DNA of 64,000 nucleotides from Alphaproteobacteria bacterium (lineage in GTDB: Bacteria; Pseudomonadota; Alphaproteobacteria; GCA-2731375): positions 1,568,001-1,632,000 of the forward strand of contig CBDDPY010000002.1 in NCBI GenBank assembly GCA_965232515.1, given 5' to 3'. The notes beneath the pieces are model-generated. The model saw nothing but the letters and a program-made list of their open reading frames with translations. It did no database searches and had not been told where the DNA came from. Positions 46,864 through 55,169 of this stretch are shown piece by piece. Made by a program: the position numbers and the translations under genes. Within the stretch, counting starts at the first letter, position 1; each line of letters begins with the position of its first letter.

Positions 46864-47556
46864 GACCCGATCTTAAATGTGCAGGACCTGAACGCGGGCT
46901 ATGGCCATAGCCAGGTGTTGTTCGATGTCGGCCTGTTCGCGCAACGCACCGGCGCGGCCGCCCTGCTCGGCCGTAACGGCGCCGGCAAGACGACGTTGCT
47001 GAAAACGCTGATCGGCGAGATCCGGCCGACCGGCGGACTGATCCGGTTCGACGGCATCGAGGCGCAAAACGAAAACACCGAAAAGCGCGTCCGCCGCGGC
47101 ATGGGTTACGTGCCGCAGGAACATGCCGTGTTCGGCAAGCTGACGGTGCGCGAGAACCTGACCCTGGGCGCGGTCACGCAGAAGGACAAATCGGGCATCG
47201 ACATGGTGCTGGACTTCTTCCCCAAGCTGGGCGAGCGGCTGGGTCAGCAGGCCGGCACGCTGTCCGGCGGCGAACGCAAGATGCTGGCGATCGGCCGGGC
47301 GTTGCTGGGCCGGCCGAAGCTGCTGCTGCTGGATGAACCGACCGAGGGCGTCTGGGTCGGCGTGATCGAGGAGATCGCCGAACGGCTGGAACAGCTCTCG
47401 CGCGAGATCTCGATGATTATCGTCGAGCAGCATGTCGAGCTGGCGCTGCGCGTCGCCGACTATGCCTATGTGATGGACCGGGGTCAGATTGCCCTCGAAG
47501 GCCCGTCGGCGGAAGTCAAGGAAGACCCGCAATTGCTGCGCTATCTGGCACCTTAA
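46855..47556 (+). CDS. LivF/UrtE-like ABC ATPase
   Basis: GRNGAGKTT, YVPQ, LSGGE, LLDEPTEG, VEQ. The start ATG lies inside the element's right repeat. Confidence 0.92.
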   Translation: MQADPILNVQDLNAGYGHSQVLFDVGLFAQRTGAAALLGRNGAGKTTLLKTLIGEIRPTGGLIRFDGIEAQNENTEKRVRRGMGYVPQEHAVFGKLTVRENLTLGAVTQKDKSGIDMVLDFFPKLGERLGQQAGTLSGGERKMLAIGRALLGRPKLLLLDEPTEGVWVGVIEEIAERLEQLSREISMIIVEQHVELALRVADYAYVMDRGQIALEGPSAEVKEDPQLLRYLAP

Positions 47557-47582
47557 ATTCGAACCACAGTGGAGGACACGAC

Positions 47583-49103
47583 ATGGCCGTACAGCTACCG
47601 ACACCGGATCAGATTTTCGCGCTCGCCGACGAGATGGGTCTCGACCTGACCGAAGCCGACGTCGAGTCCTATATCGGTCTGTTCGGTCCCAACGTCGCGG
47701 CCTACAACGCCGTCGACGCCATGCCCGACAACCTGCCGCAGGTGACCTATCCGCGGACGCCGGGCTATCGACCCGGGCCGGCGGAGAACCCCTACAACGC
47801 CTGGTACGTGAAGACCGAAGTCAAGGGCGCCGCGCGCGGCAAACTGAAGGGCAAGACGGTGGTCCTGAAGGACAACGTCATGCTGGCCGGCGTGCCGATG
47901 ATGAACGGCGCGGCGACGCTGGAAGGCTATGTGCCTGATATCGACGCCACGGTGGCGACGCGCCTGTTGGACGCCGGCGCCACGATCGTCGGCAAGTCAC
48001 ATTGCGAGAACTTCTGCCTGTCCGGCGGCAGCCATACCAACGCCACCGGACCGGTGCACAATCCGCACAAGATGGGCTATTCGGCCGGCGGCTCGTCGTC
48101 GGGCAGCGCAGCCTTGGTCGCGGCCGGCGAGGTCGACATGGCGATCGGCGGCGACCAGGGCGGCTCGATCCGCATGCCGGCCTCGTTCTGCGGCATCTAC
48201 GGCATGAAGCCGACGCACGGCCTGGTGCCCTATACCGGCATCATGCCGATCGAGATCTATGTCGATCACACCGGGCCGATGACCGGCAATGTCTCCGACA
48301 ACGCGTTGATGCTGGAAGTAATCGCCGGCGAGGACGGCTACGACCCGCGCCAATATCACGTGAAGACCGAGCGCTACACAAAGGCCCTGCAAGGCCGCAA
48401 GGGCCTGAAGGGCATGAAGATCGCCGTCGTCAAGGAAGGTTACCAGCAGGAGAACGCCGAGAGCGACGTCAACACCAAGGTGCGGGCGGCGGCGAAGCAC
48501 CTGGCGAGCCTGGGCGCCAAGGTCAAGGAGGTATCGATCCCGATGCATCTCATGGGCCCGGCGCTGTGGATGCCGATCGGCGTCGAGGGCCTGACCCAAA
48601 CCATGATGTACGGCGACGGTTACGGCGTCAGCCGGCCGGACCTCTACGTCACCAGCCTGATGGACTTCCATCGCAACTGGCGGACGCGGGCGAACGAGAT
48701 GTCGGAGACGACCAAGCTGTTCACCATGTTCGGGACGTATATCCGCAAGTATTACGGCAGCCGCTATTACGGCAAGGCGATGAACGTGACGCGTCTGCTG
48801 ACCGCGGCCTACGACGCGGTGCTGGAGGAACACGACCTGCTGATGATGCCGACGACGCCGGTCAAATCGCAGCCCCTGCCCGCACCGGACGCGAGCCGCG
48901 AGGAATACGTGCAGCGGGCGCTGGAAATGATCTCGAACACGGCGCCGTTCGATATCACGCACCACCCGGCGATGGCGATACCGTGCGGCATGTCGAAGGG
49001 ACTGCCCGTCAGCATGATGCTGGTCGGCAAACATTTCGACGAGTCGACCATCTACCGCGCAGCGCACGGCTTCGAGCAGGGCGGCGACTGGAAGAAGATG
49101 TAG
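47583..49103 (+). CDS. Amidase (amidase-signature family)
   Basis: LKDN, GGSSSGS and GGDQGGSIRMPA (Lys-cisSer-Ser triad). Confidence 0.93.
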   Translation: MAVQLPTPDQIFALADEMGLDLTEADVESYIGLFGPNVAAYNAVDAMPDNLPQVTYPRTPGYRPGPAENPYNAWYVKTEVKGAARGKLKGKTVVLKDNVMLAGVPMMNGAATLEGYVPDIDATVATRLLDAGATIVGKSHCENFCLSGGSHTNATGPVHNPHKMGYSAGGSSSGSAALVAAGEVDMAIGGDQGGSIRMPASFCGIYGMKPTHGLVPYTGIMPIEIYVDHTGPMTGNVSDNALMLEVIAGEDGYDPRQYHVKTERYTKALQGRKGLKGMKIAVVKEGYQQENAESDVNTKVRAAAKHLASLGAKVKEVSIPMHLMGPALWMPIGVEGLTQTMMYGDGYGVSRPDLYVTSLMDFHRNWRTRANEMSETTKLFTMFGTYIRKYYGSRYYGKAMNVTRLLTAAYDAVLEEHDLLMMPTTPVKSQPLPAPDASREEYVQRALEMISNTAPFDITHHPAMAIPCGMSKGLPVSMMLVGKHFDESTIYRAAHGFEQGGDWKKM

Positions 49104-49116
49104 CGCCAGCCGCGCC

Positions 49117-49163
49117 TTGACTATACGGAGTAGTCCAGCATAGTAGACATATGTCTACTATGC
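49117..49163 (+). promoter_or_regulatory. Sigma70-like promoter plus a 26-bp palindromic operator over the XRE start codon
   Basis: TTGACT(49117)-N16-CATAGT; perfect palindrome GCATAGTAGACATATGTCTACTATGC at 49138-49163. Confidence 0.65.
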
Positions 49164-49720
49164 CGGATGTTCTGACGGACCGGATTGCCGCGCGCGTCCG
49201 GGCGGAGCGCGAGGACCGGCGCTGGCCGCTGGCCGATCTGGCCGACCGGTCCGGCGTGTCGAAAGCCATGATCAGCAAGATCGAGCGCGGCGAGTCGAGT
49301 CCGACCACCGCGGTGCTGGCACGGCTGTGCGCGGCCTTCGGCCTGACGCTGTCGACCTTTCTGACCCGCGCCGAGGGCCGCAGCGGTCGCCTGGTCCGCG
49401 CCGCCCAGCAGCCGAGCTGGACCGACCCCGAGACCGGCTGCGTCCGCACGCTGGTCTCGCCGAGCGCCGGCGGACCGATCGAGATGGTGGCCGTCGACCT
49501 GCCGGACGGCGCCGAGATGACCTATCCGGCGGCGATGTACGCCGTTTTTCATCAGGTCGTCTGGGTCCTGGCCGGCGAGCTGGTGCTGGTGGAAGGAGAA
49601 ACCACACATCACTTGGGTCCTGGCGACTGCCTGGAGCTGGGCTCGCCGGCGGATTGCCATTTCCGCAACGAGACGGACGCGCCCTGCCGCTATCTCGTCG
49701 CGGCCGGACGGCGGCCATAG
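49151..49720 (+). CDS. XRE-family regulator with C-terminal cupin
   Basis: LADRSGVSKAMISKIERGESSPT; WVLAGEL...LGPGDCL. Confidence 0.92.
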   Translation: MSTMPDVLTDRIAARVRAEREDRRWPLADLADRSGVSKAMISKIERGESSPTTAVLARLCAAFGLTLSTFLTRAEGRSGRLVRAAQQPSWTDPETGCVRTLVSPSAGGPIEMVAVDLPDGAEMTYPAAMYAVFHQVVWVLAGELVLVEGETTHHLGPGDCLELGSPADCHFRNETDAPCRYLVAAGRRP

Positions 49721-49722
49721 CC

Positions 49723-51033
49723 ATGCCCCAAACGGCGCCCGATACCCGGCATCTGCTGCACTATGGCCGCGACTTCGTGGACGAGCTGATTGCGCGTGCC
49801 GAGGGCAGCTACCTCTACACGCAGGATGGACGCGCGATCCTGGATTTCTCCTCCGGCCAGATGTGCGCCACCATCGGCCACAATCACCCTGAAATCGTCG
49901 CGGCCATGGCCGAGGCCGGCCGGACGGTGCTGCATCTCGACAGCACCATGCTGTCGCCCGAGGTCATCGCGCTGGCCGACCGTCTGTGTGACCTGCTGCC
50001 GGAACCCCTTCGGAAAGTACAGCTCCTGAATACCGGCGGCGAGGCGAACGAGGCCGCTCTTCGGCTTGCCAAAATCGCCACCGGCCGCTTCGAGGTCATC
50101 GGCATGGCGGGCTCCTGGCACGGCACGACGACAGGCGCGGCGTCGGCGACCTATGCCCATGGCCGCAAGCATTACGGGCCGGCCATGCCCGGCTCGCTGG
50201 CGATCCCGGCCCCGAACTGTTACCGCTGCCCGGTGCGGCATTGCGGCGACCGCTGCGACATGACCTGCCTGGAGGCCGGCTTCGACCTGATCGACGCGAC
50301 CTCTGTCGGCGCAGAAGCCGCCGTGATCGCGGAACCCGTCCAAAGCGCCGGCGGTGTCGTGGTGCCGCCGCCGGGCTATTTCGAACGCCTGAAGGCGCAT
50401 TGCGAGCGGCGCGGCATCCTACTGATCCTGGACGAAGCGCAAACCGGCCTGGGCCGGGTCGGCGCACTGTTCGCCTTTGAGAACGACGGCGTCGTGCCGG
50501 ATATCCTGACCCTGTCGAAAACGCTGGGCGGCGGTTTGCCGCTGTCCGCCGTCATCGCGTCCGATGGTCTGGCCGAGGCCGGCCGGGCACGCGGCTTCTC
50601 GCACTACACCTCGCACGCCTCCGATCCCCTGACGGCACGGGTTGGCCTCGCGGTCGTCGAGGTCATCGTCGCCGAGAAACTCGCCGAGCGCGCCGCCGTC
50701 ATGGGTCGGTATCTGAAAGACGGTCTGCTGGAGCTGCAGAACCGGCACGAGGCCATCGGCGACGTCCGCGGCCGCGGCCTGCTGCTCGGCGTCGAGCTGG
50801 TCGCGGACCGCGCGACGCGGGAACCCGGCCATGCGCTGATCGAGAAACTGACACGGGCCTGCTTCGCGCTTGGCCTCAACATCAACCGCGTCGGCGGCCC
50901 GCACAGCGTCTGGCGCATCGCCCCGCCGCTGACGGTCTCGCGCGACGAGATCGACCGGGCGATCGCGATCATGGACCAGGCCTTGACCGAGATTTCCGCT
51001 ACGACAGGACCGCCGACCGATGACGACCTATAA
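49723..51033 (+). CDS. Class III aminotransferase, 2,2-dialkylglycine decarboxylase-like
   Basis: HLLHYG, GRAILDFSSGQM..IGHNHPEI, SWHG, DEAQTG, LSKTLGGG, HASDP. Confidence 0.85.
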   Translation: MPQTAPDTRHLLHYGRDFVDELIARAEGSYLYTQDGRAILDFSSGQMCATIGHNHPEIVAAMAEAGRTVLHLDSTMLSPEVIALADRLCDLLPEPLRKVQLLNTGGEANEAALRLAKIATGRFEVIGMAGSWHGTTTGAASATYAHGRKHYGPAMPGSLAIPAPNCYRCPVRHCGDRCDMTCLEAGFDLIDATSVGAEAAVIAEPVQSAGGVVVPPPGYFERLKAHCERRGILLILDEAQTGLGRVGALFAFENDGVVPDILTLSKTLGGGLPLSAVIASDGLAEAGRARGFSHYTSHASDPLTARVGLAVVEVIVAEKLAERAAVMGRYLKDGLLELQNRHEAIGDVRGRGLLLGVELVADRATREPGHALIEKLTRACFALGLNINRVGGPHSVWRIAPPLTVSRDEIDRAIAIMDQALTEISATTGPPTDDDL

Positions 51034-51664
51034 GCTCCACTACTTCCCGGAGTCCGGAAACAGCTACAAGCTCGCGCTGATGCTGACGCTGTGCGGGCAG
51101 ACATTCGAGCCGATCTGGACCGACTTCGGCGGCGGCGTCACGCGGACGGCGGAGTGGCGGGCGCGCGTCAACGAGATGGGCGAGATCCCCGTCCTCGAGG
51201 AAGACGGCCAGCGGCTGACACAGACCGCGCCGATCCTGCTTCGTCTGGCGAAGCGGTACGACCGTTTCGGCGGTTCCAGCGAGGACGACGCGTATAAGAT
51301 CCTGCGCTGGCTGTTCTGGGACAATCACAAGCTGACCAGCTACATGGCGACCTATCGGTTCATGCGGGCCTTCACGCCGTCGCCGGATCCGGCCGTGCTC
51401 AAATTCATGCGCCGTCGGATCGACGACTGCCTCGACATCGCCGAACGACAGGTGCAGGAACGCGCGTTCGTGATCGGCGACCAGCCGTCCGTCGCCGATA
51501 TCTCGATGATCGGCTATCTCTGCTTTCCGCCGGACGAAAGCGGCTACGATCTCGCGGTCAGCCATCCGGGCGTGCACGCCTGGATCGGCCGCATTGCCGC
51601 CCTGCCCGGCTGGCGCGCGCCCTACGACCTTTTGCCGGGGAAGCGATTGCCCCGATACGGTTGA
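51020..51664 (+). CDS. Glutathione S-transferase-family protein
   Basis: SGNSYK, NEMGEIPVL, LTQT.PIL..LA, PSVADIS. Confidence 0.9.
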   Translation: MTTYKLHYFPESGNSYKLALMLTLCGQTFEPIWTDFGGGVTRTAEWRARVNEMGEIPVLEEDGQRLTQTAPILLRLAKRYDRFGGSSEDDAYKILRWLFWDNHKLTSYMATYRFMRAFTPSPDPAVLKFMRRRIDDCLDIAERQVQERAFVIGDQPSVADISMIGYLCFPPDESGYDLAVSHPGVHAWIGRIAALPGWRAPYDLLPGKRLPRYG

Positions 51665-51699
51665 TTGTTCGGAAGCCGGTAATTCCCTGAGATCTTCGC

Positions 51700-51903
51700 C
51701 TAGACCACCCGCCTCTTCTTCCAGTCATCAGTCAATAATCCGGCATAACCCCAGTCGTCTTCGGCGATTTCCTGGATCACGATATGGATATGCTCGGGTT
51801 TCTTACCGAGCGTATTGACGAGCGTGTCGGTCATCTCCCGCACGAGGGTCGACTTCTGCTCCCGCGTCGCGCCTTTGGTGATCTGGACATTGATGTACGG
51901 CAT
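51700..51903 (-). CDS. 4-oxalocrotonate tautomerase-family protein
   Basis: Starts M-P (catalytic Pro1); 67 aa, EQK..LV and WGYAG; GGAGG RBS. Confidence 0.9.
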   Translation of the reverse strand: MPYINVQITKGATREQKSTLVREMTDTLVNTLGKKPEHIHIVIQEIAEDDWGYAGLLTDDWKKRRVV

Positions 51904-51967
51904 CGCGCCCTCCATGGCTCCTCACCCCCTCTAGAGATAAGCAATCGCCGCGGCGATGAAACGGCGG

Positions 51968-52864
51968 TCAGGTCGGGACCGAGGCGGCGAGGTGGTCGCG
52001 GAACAGGCGCTCCGCGTCGGAAAATCTGCGGCCCCGCTTCCAGGCGAGGCCCATGTCCATGGTCGGGACGGGCACGTCGAGCTCGCGCGCCTCGACACGA
52101 CTGCCGTCGAGCGACCAGGGCCTGTAGACCATGTCGCTGAGGATGGTGACGGCGAGGCCGTTGGCGACCATGCTGCGCACCGCTTCCAGCGCGTCGGTCT
52201 CGAACACCACGTTCGGTTTCGATTTCGCCTTCGCCCAGTAGCGGCGGGCCGCCTCATCGGCCTCGTCGGCGCGGAACATCACGTAAGGCTCGCCGACGAC
52301 ATCGGCGAGCGTGACACTGTCGCGCGTCAGCAGCGGATGCGCGCTCGACAGCCAGAGCCGGCGCCGGGACTTGATCAGCACCTCGCGGGCGATGCGCCGA
52401 CGCTTCGACAGGTTCGATGTCAGCAGCAGCGCGAGGTCGACGCCGCCATCGACGACGAGCGTTTCCAGCGCGGCACGGTCGCGCTCGACGATCTCGACGT
52501 CGATCCCGGGATAGGCCCGCCGGAACCGGGACAGGATCGGGAACACGAAATAGCCGGAGAAGGTGAAGGTCAGGCCCAGGCGAATATGGCCCGTCACCTC
52601 GGCGACGCCGGCGCGCATCGACTGCAGCGCATCGGTCACCGCGCCTTCGATATTGCGCGCATGGTTCAGAAAGCGATGCCCGTCGCGGGTCAGCGTCAGA
52701 CCGGTCGCATGGCGGGTGAACAGGCCGACGCCGAGTTCGGCCTCGAGGTCCTTCAGCGCGAGCGTCACCGCCGACTGGGAAATGTTGAGCTGGCTTGCCG
52801 CGGCGGACACCTGCCCGGCCTCGGCGACGCCGATGAAATAGCGGACCTGGCGTAAGGACACCAT
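51968..52864 (-). CDS. LysR-family regulator
   Basis: LRQVRYF..VAE.G.VS.AA..LNISQSAVT..LK.LE.ELG. Confidence 0.93.
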   Translation of the reverse strand: MVSLRQVRYFIGVAEAGQVSAAASQLNISQSAVTLALKDLEAELGVGLFTRHATGLTLTRDGHRFLNHARNIEGAVTDALQSMRAGVAEVTGHIRLGLTFTFSGYFVFPILSRFRRAYPGIDVEIVERDRAALETLVVDGGVDLALLLTSNLSKRRRIAREVLIKSRRRLWLSSAHPLLTRDSVTLADVVGEPYVMFRADEADEAARRYWAKAKSKPNVVFETDALEAVRSMVANGLAVTILSDMVYRPWSLDGSRVEARELDVPVPTMDMGLAWKRGRRFSDAERLFRDHLAASVPT

Positions 52865-52991
52865 TATTGATTTCTCAAATATTCTATTTCTGATTTTTGA
52901 ATTTCAAATTTTGTCGCGCTTGCTGTCAAGTCGAAGGCATCGGCCACCCGAACAACGCCGTCGCGGCCCTCGACAAACCGGAGCCTGGACC

Positions 52992-53213
52992 ATGCGCCAA
53001 AAGGATCAGATCAGACGCCGCTCGGACGGTTCCATCGACACCGCCTACTATCTGGCGCTCGGCCGGACCTGCCGGTCACGCGCATGCCGACGGAATGGCC
53101 GGGTGCTGCTGTACCGGGCCGTCGCAGCGCTTGGACTCCGTATTCGCGGACCGGATGATTATCGTCGCGCGACGACCGCGCCGAGGCACCGGGTCGCCCG
53201 GCACCTTGGCTGA
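52992..53213 (+). CDS. Small hypothetical protein
   Basis: GGAG RBS; the N-terminal RSDGSIDTAYY..GR..RS motif is seen in small alphaproteobacterial proteins (from memory). Confidence 0.45.
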   Translation: MRQKDQIRRRSDGSIDTAYYLALGRTCRSRACRRNGRVLLYRAVAALGLRIRGPDDYRRATTAPRHRVARHLG

Positions 53214-53306
53214 CGCCGGCCGGCCGCGATCTTTTGACGGAGATCATGTCGCGTCACGCCCATTGCGCCAACATGCGCCGGCATTCGTCGACAAGGAGGC
53301 GAAGTC

Positions 53307-53792
53307 ATGCGCACGCTGGTCGTCTATTACTCGCGTACGGGCCACACGCGGGCCGTGGCCGAAGCCCTTGGCAACGCGCTAGACGCGGATCTGACCGAGA
53401 TCCACTGCGACCGCTACCGAGGCGGCATGTGGCGCTACCTGCGGGCCGGCTACGACAGCGTCAAGGGCAACCTGCCGCCGATCGAGGGACCGGCGATAGC
53501 GCCCGACACATATGATCTGGTGGTCATCGGCGGTCCGGTCTGGACGGCCCATCCGGCCCTGCCTATTCGGACCTTTCTTTCGGAACGCCCACCAATGCCG
53601 CGGCGGATCGCCTTGTTCTTGACACATGGCGGCCACTCATCGCCTGAACGCGCGTTCGCTGAAATGGAGGCACTGCTGCCGACGCCGGCCGTCGCGACCC
53701 TTGCGCTTCGCGACGGCGAGATCGACAAGGGCGGGCTCTCGACGGCCATCGGAGGATTTGCGACAGCGCTCGGCCATCGCGACGCCGCCTGA
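53307..53792 (+). CDS. Flavodoxin-like protein
   Basis: VYYSRTGHT, YDLVVIGGPVW, FLTHGG; AGGAGG RBS. Confidence 0.88.
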   Translation: MRTLVVYYSRTGHTRAVAEALGNALDADLTEIHCDRYRGGMWRYLRAGYDSVKGNLPPIEGPAIAPDTYDLVVIGGPVWTAHPALPIRTFLSERPPMPRRIALFLTHGGHSSPERAFAEMEALLPTPAVATLALRDGEIDKGGLSTAIGGFATALGHRDAA

Positions 53793-53802
53793 CGACGGCG
53801 GG

Positions 53803-54441
53803 CTAGGCAAAGGGCTCGAATTCTCCCGTCTCGGCATCGAGGGCCAGCAGCTCGCCGGTGGTAATGCCGAAGTAAGCCCCACGCACGCGCAGCCGGCCAT
53901 CGTCGACCCGTTCCTTGATGAACGGGAAGGTCAGGAGGTTCTTGAGCGAATGCCGGACGGAGGCGTGCTCCAGCGCCTGCTGCCGGGCTTCGATCGGCGC
54001 GCCGGCGGTGTCCCGCAGAGCCTCGGCCCGCGCCGGCCCCAGCAGCGCCATCCAGCGATCGATGAAGCCGCGCGGATGCTCGGCATCGAAGGCGCCATCG
54101 AGACAGGCGCGCACGCCCCCGCAGCCTTCGTGCCCCATGACGATGATGTTTTCGATGTTCAGGCTGGCGACGGCGTATTCCAGCGCGGCGCAGGTGCTGT
54201 GTGCGTCGCCGAGCGGGTCGAACGGCGGCACCAGGTTGGCGACGTTGCGCACGATGAACAATTCGCCCGGCCGGGCGCTGAAGATGGCCGTCGGGTCGAC
54301 CCGGCTGTCGCAGCAGGCGACGATCATGGTCTTCGGCGACTGGCCGGCCTCGGCGAGCCCGCTGTAGAGTTCGGCCTCGGCCGGATATCGGTTCTTCCGA
54401 AAGCGACGGTAGCCGTCGACCAGTTCAGGAATATTGCGCAT
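53803..54441 (-). CDS. Beta-class carbonic anhydrase
   Basis: CCDSRV, PGELFIVRNVAN, ALEYAV and GHEGCGG zinc ligands. Confidence 0.95.
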   Translation of the reverse strand: MRNIPELVDGYRRFRKNRYPAEAELYSGLAEAGQSPKTMIVACCDSRVDPTAIFSARPGELFIVRNVANLVPPFDPLGDAHSTCAALEYAVASLNIENIIVMGHEGCGGVRACLDGAFDAEHPRGFIDRWMALLGPARAEALRDTAGAPIEARQQALEHASVRHSLKNLLTFPFIKERVDDGRLRVRGAYFGITTGELLALDAETGEFEPFA

Positions 54442-54469
54442 ATCGCCCTCATCGATTTGCGCCGATGGT

Positions 54470-55165
54470 TTAATCGAAATCCGCGATCAGGTCGAGCACT
54501 TCGCCGAGATGGGCGACCTGGCGATAGCGCGAGGCGTCGGTCGGCGGTTCGGCATGCTCGACCGCCCAGGTCAGGTCGTGGGGCACATGCACGGCCCAGC
54601 AACCGGCTTCCAGCGCCGGCAGAACGTCGGAGCGCAGCGAATTGCCAACCATCATGGCCCGCGCCGGACCGTCGCCGTGCCGGTCGAAAACACGCTCGTA
54701 AACGGCCGCGGTCTTGTCGCTGACGATCTCGATGGCATCAAACAGGTCGCCGAGGCCCGACTGCGCCAGCTTGCGCTCCTGATCGAAGAGGTCGCCCTTG
54801 GTGATCAGAATGATTCGGTAGGCACCGGCCAGGCGTTCGAGGACTTGTCCGGCATGCGGCATGACCTCGATCGGATGCGCCAGCAGCTCGCGGCCGGCCG
54901 CTAGGACTTCGGCGATGACCGATGCGGGCACGCGATTCTCGGTGACCTCGATGGCGGTCTCGATCATCGAGAGCGTGAAGCCCTTGATGCCGAAGCCGTA
55001 ATGGCCAAGGTTGCGCTTCTCCGCCTCGAGCAGACGCTCGGACAGGTGGTCCGGTTCGGCATAGTCGGCCAGCAACGCCTGGAAGCGTTCTTCGGTCAGC
55101 CGGTAGAACTGCTCGTTCTGCCACAGCGTGTCGTCGGCGTCGAAGCCGATGGCCGTCAGCGACAT
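54470..55165 (-). CDS. HAD-family hydrolase
   Basis: FDADDTLW, ITKGDL, MVGNSLRSD. Confidence 0.92.
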   Translation of the reverse strand: MSLTAIGFDADDTLWQNEQFYRLTEERFQALLADYAEPDHLSERLLEAEKRNLGHYGFGIKGFTLSMIETAIEVTENRVPASVIAEVLAAGRELLAHPIEVMPHAGQVLERLAGAYRIILITKGDLFDQERKLAQSGLGDLFDAIEIVSDKTAAVYERVFDRHGDGPARAMMVGNSLRSDVLPALEAGCWAVHVPHDLTWAVEHAEPPTDASRYRQVAHLGEVLDLIADFD

Positions 55166-55169
55166 GGGT

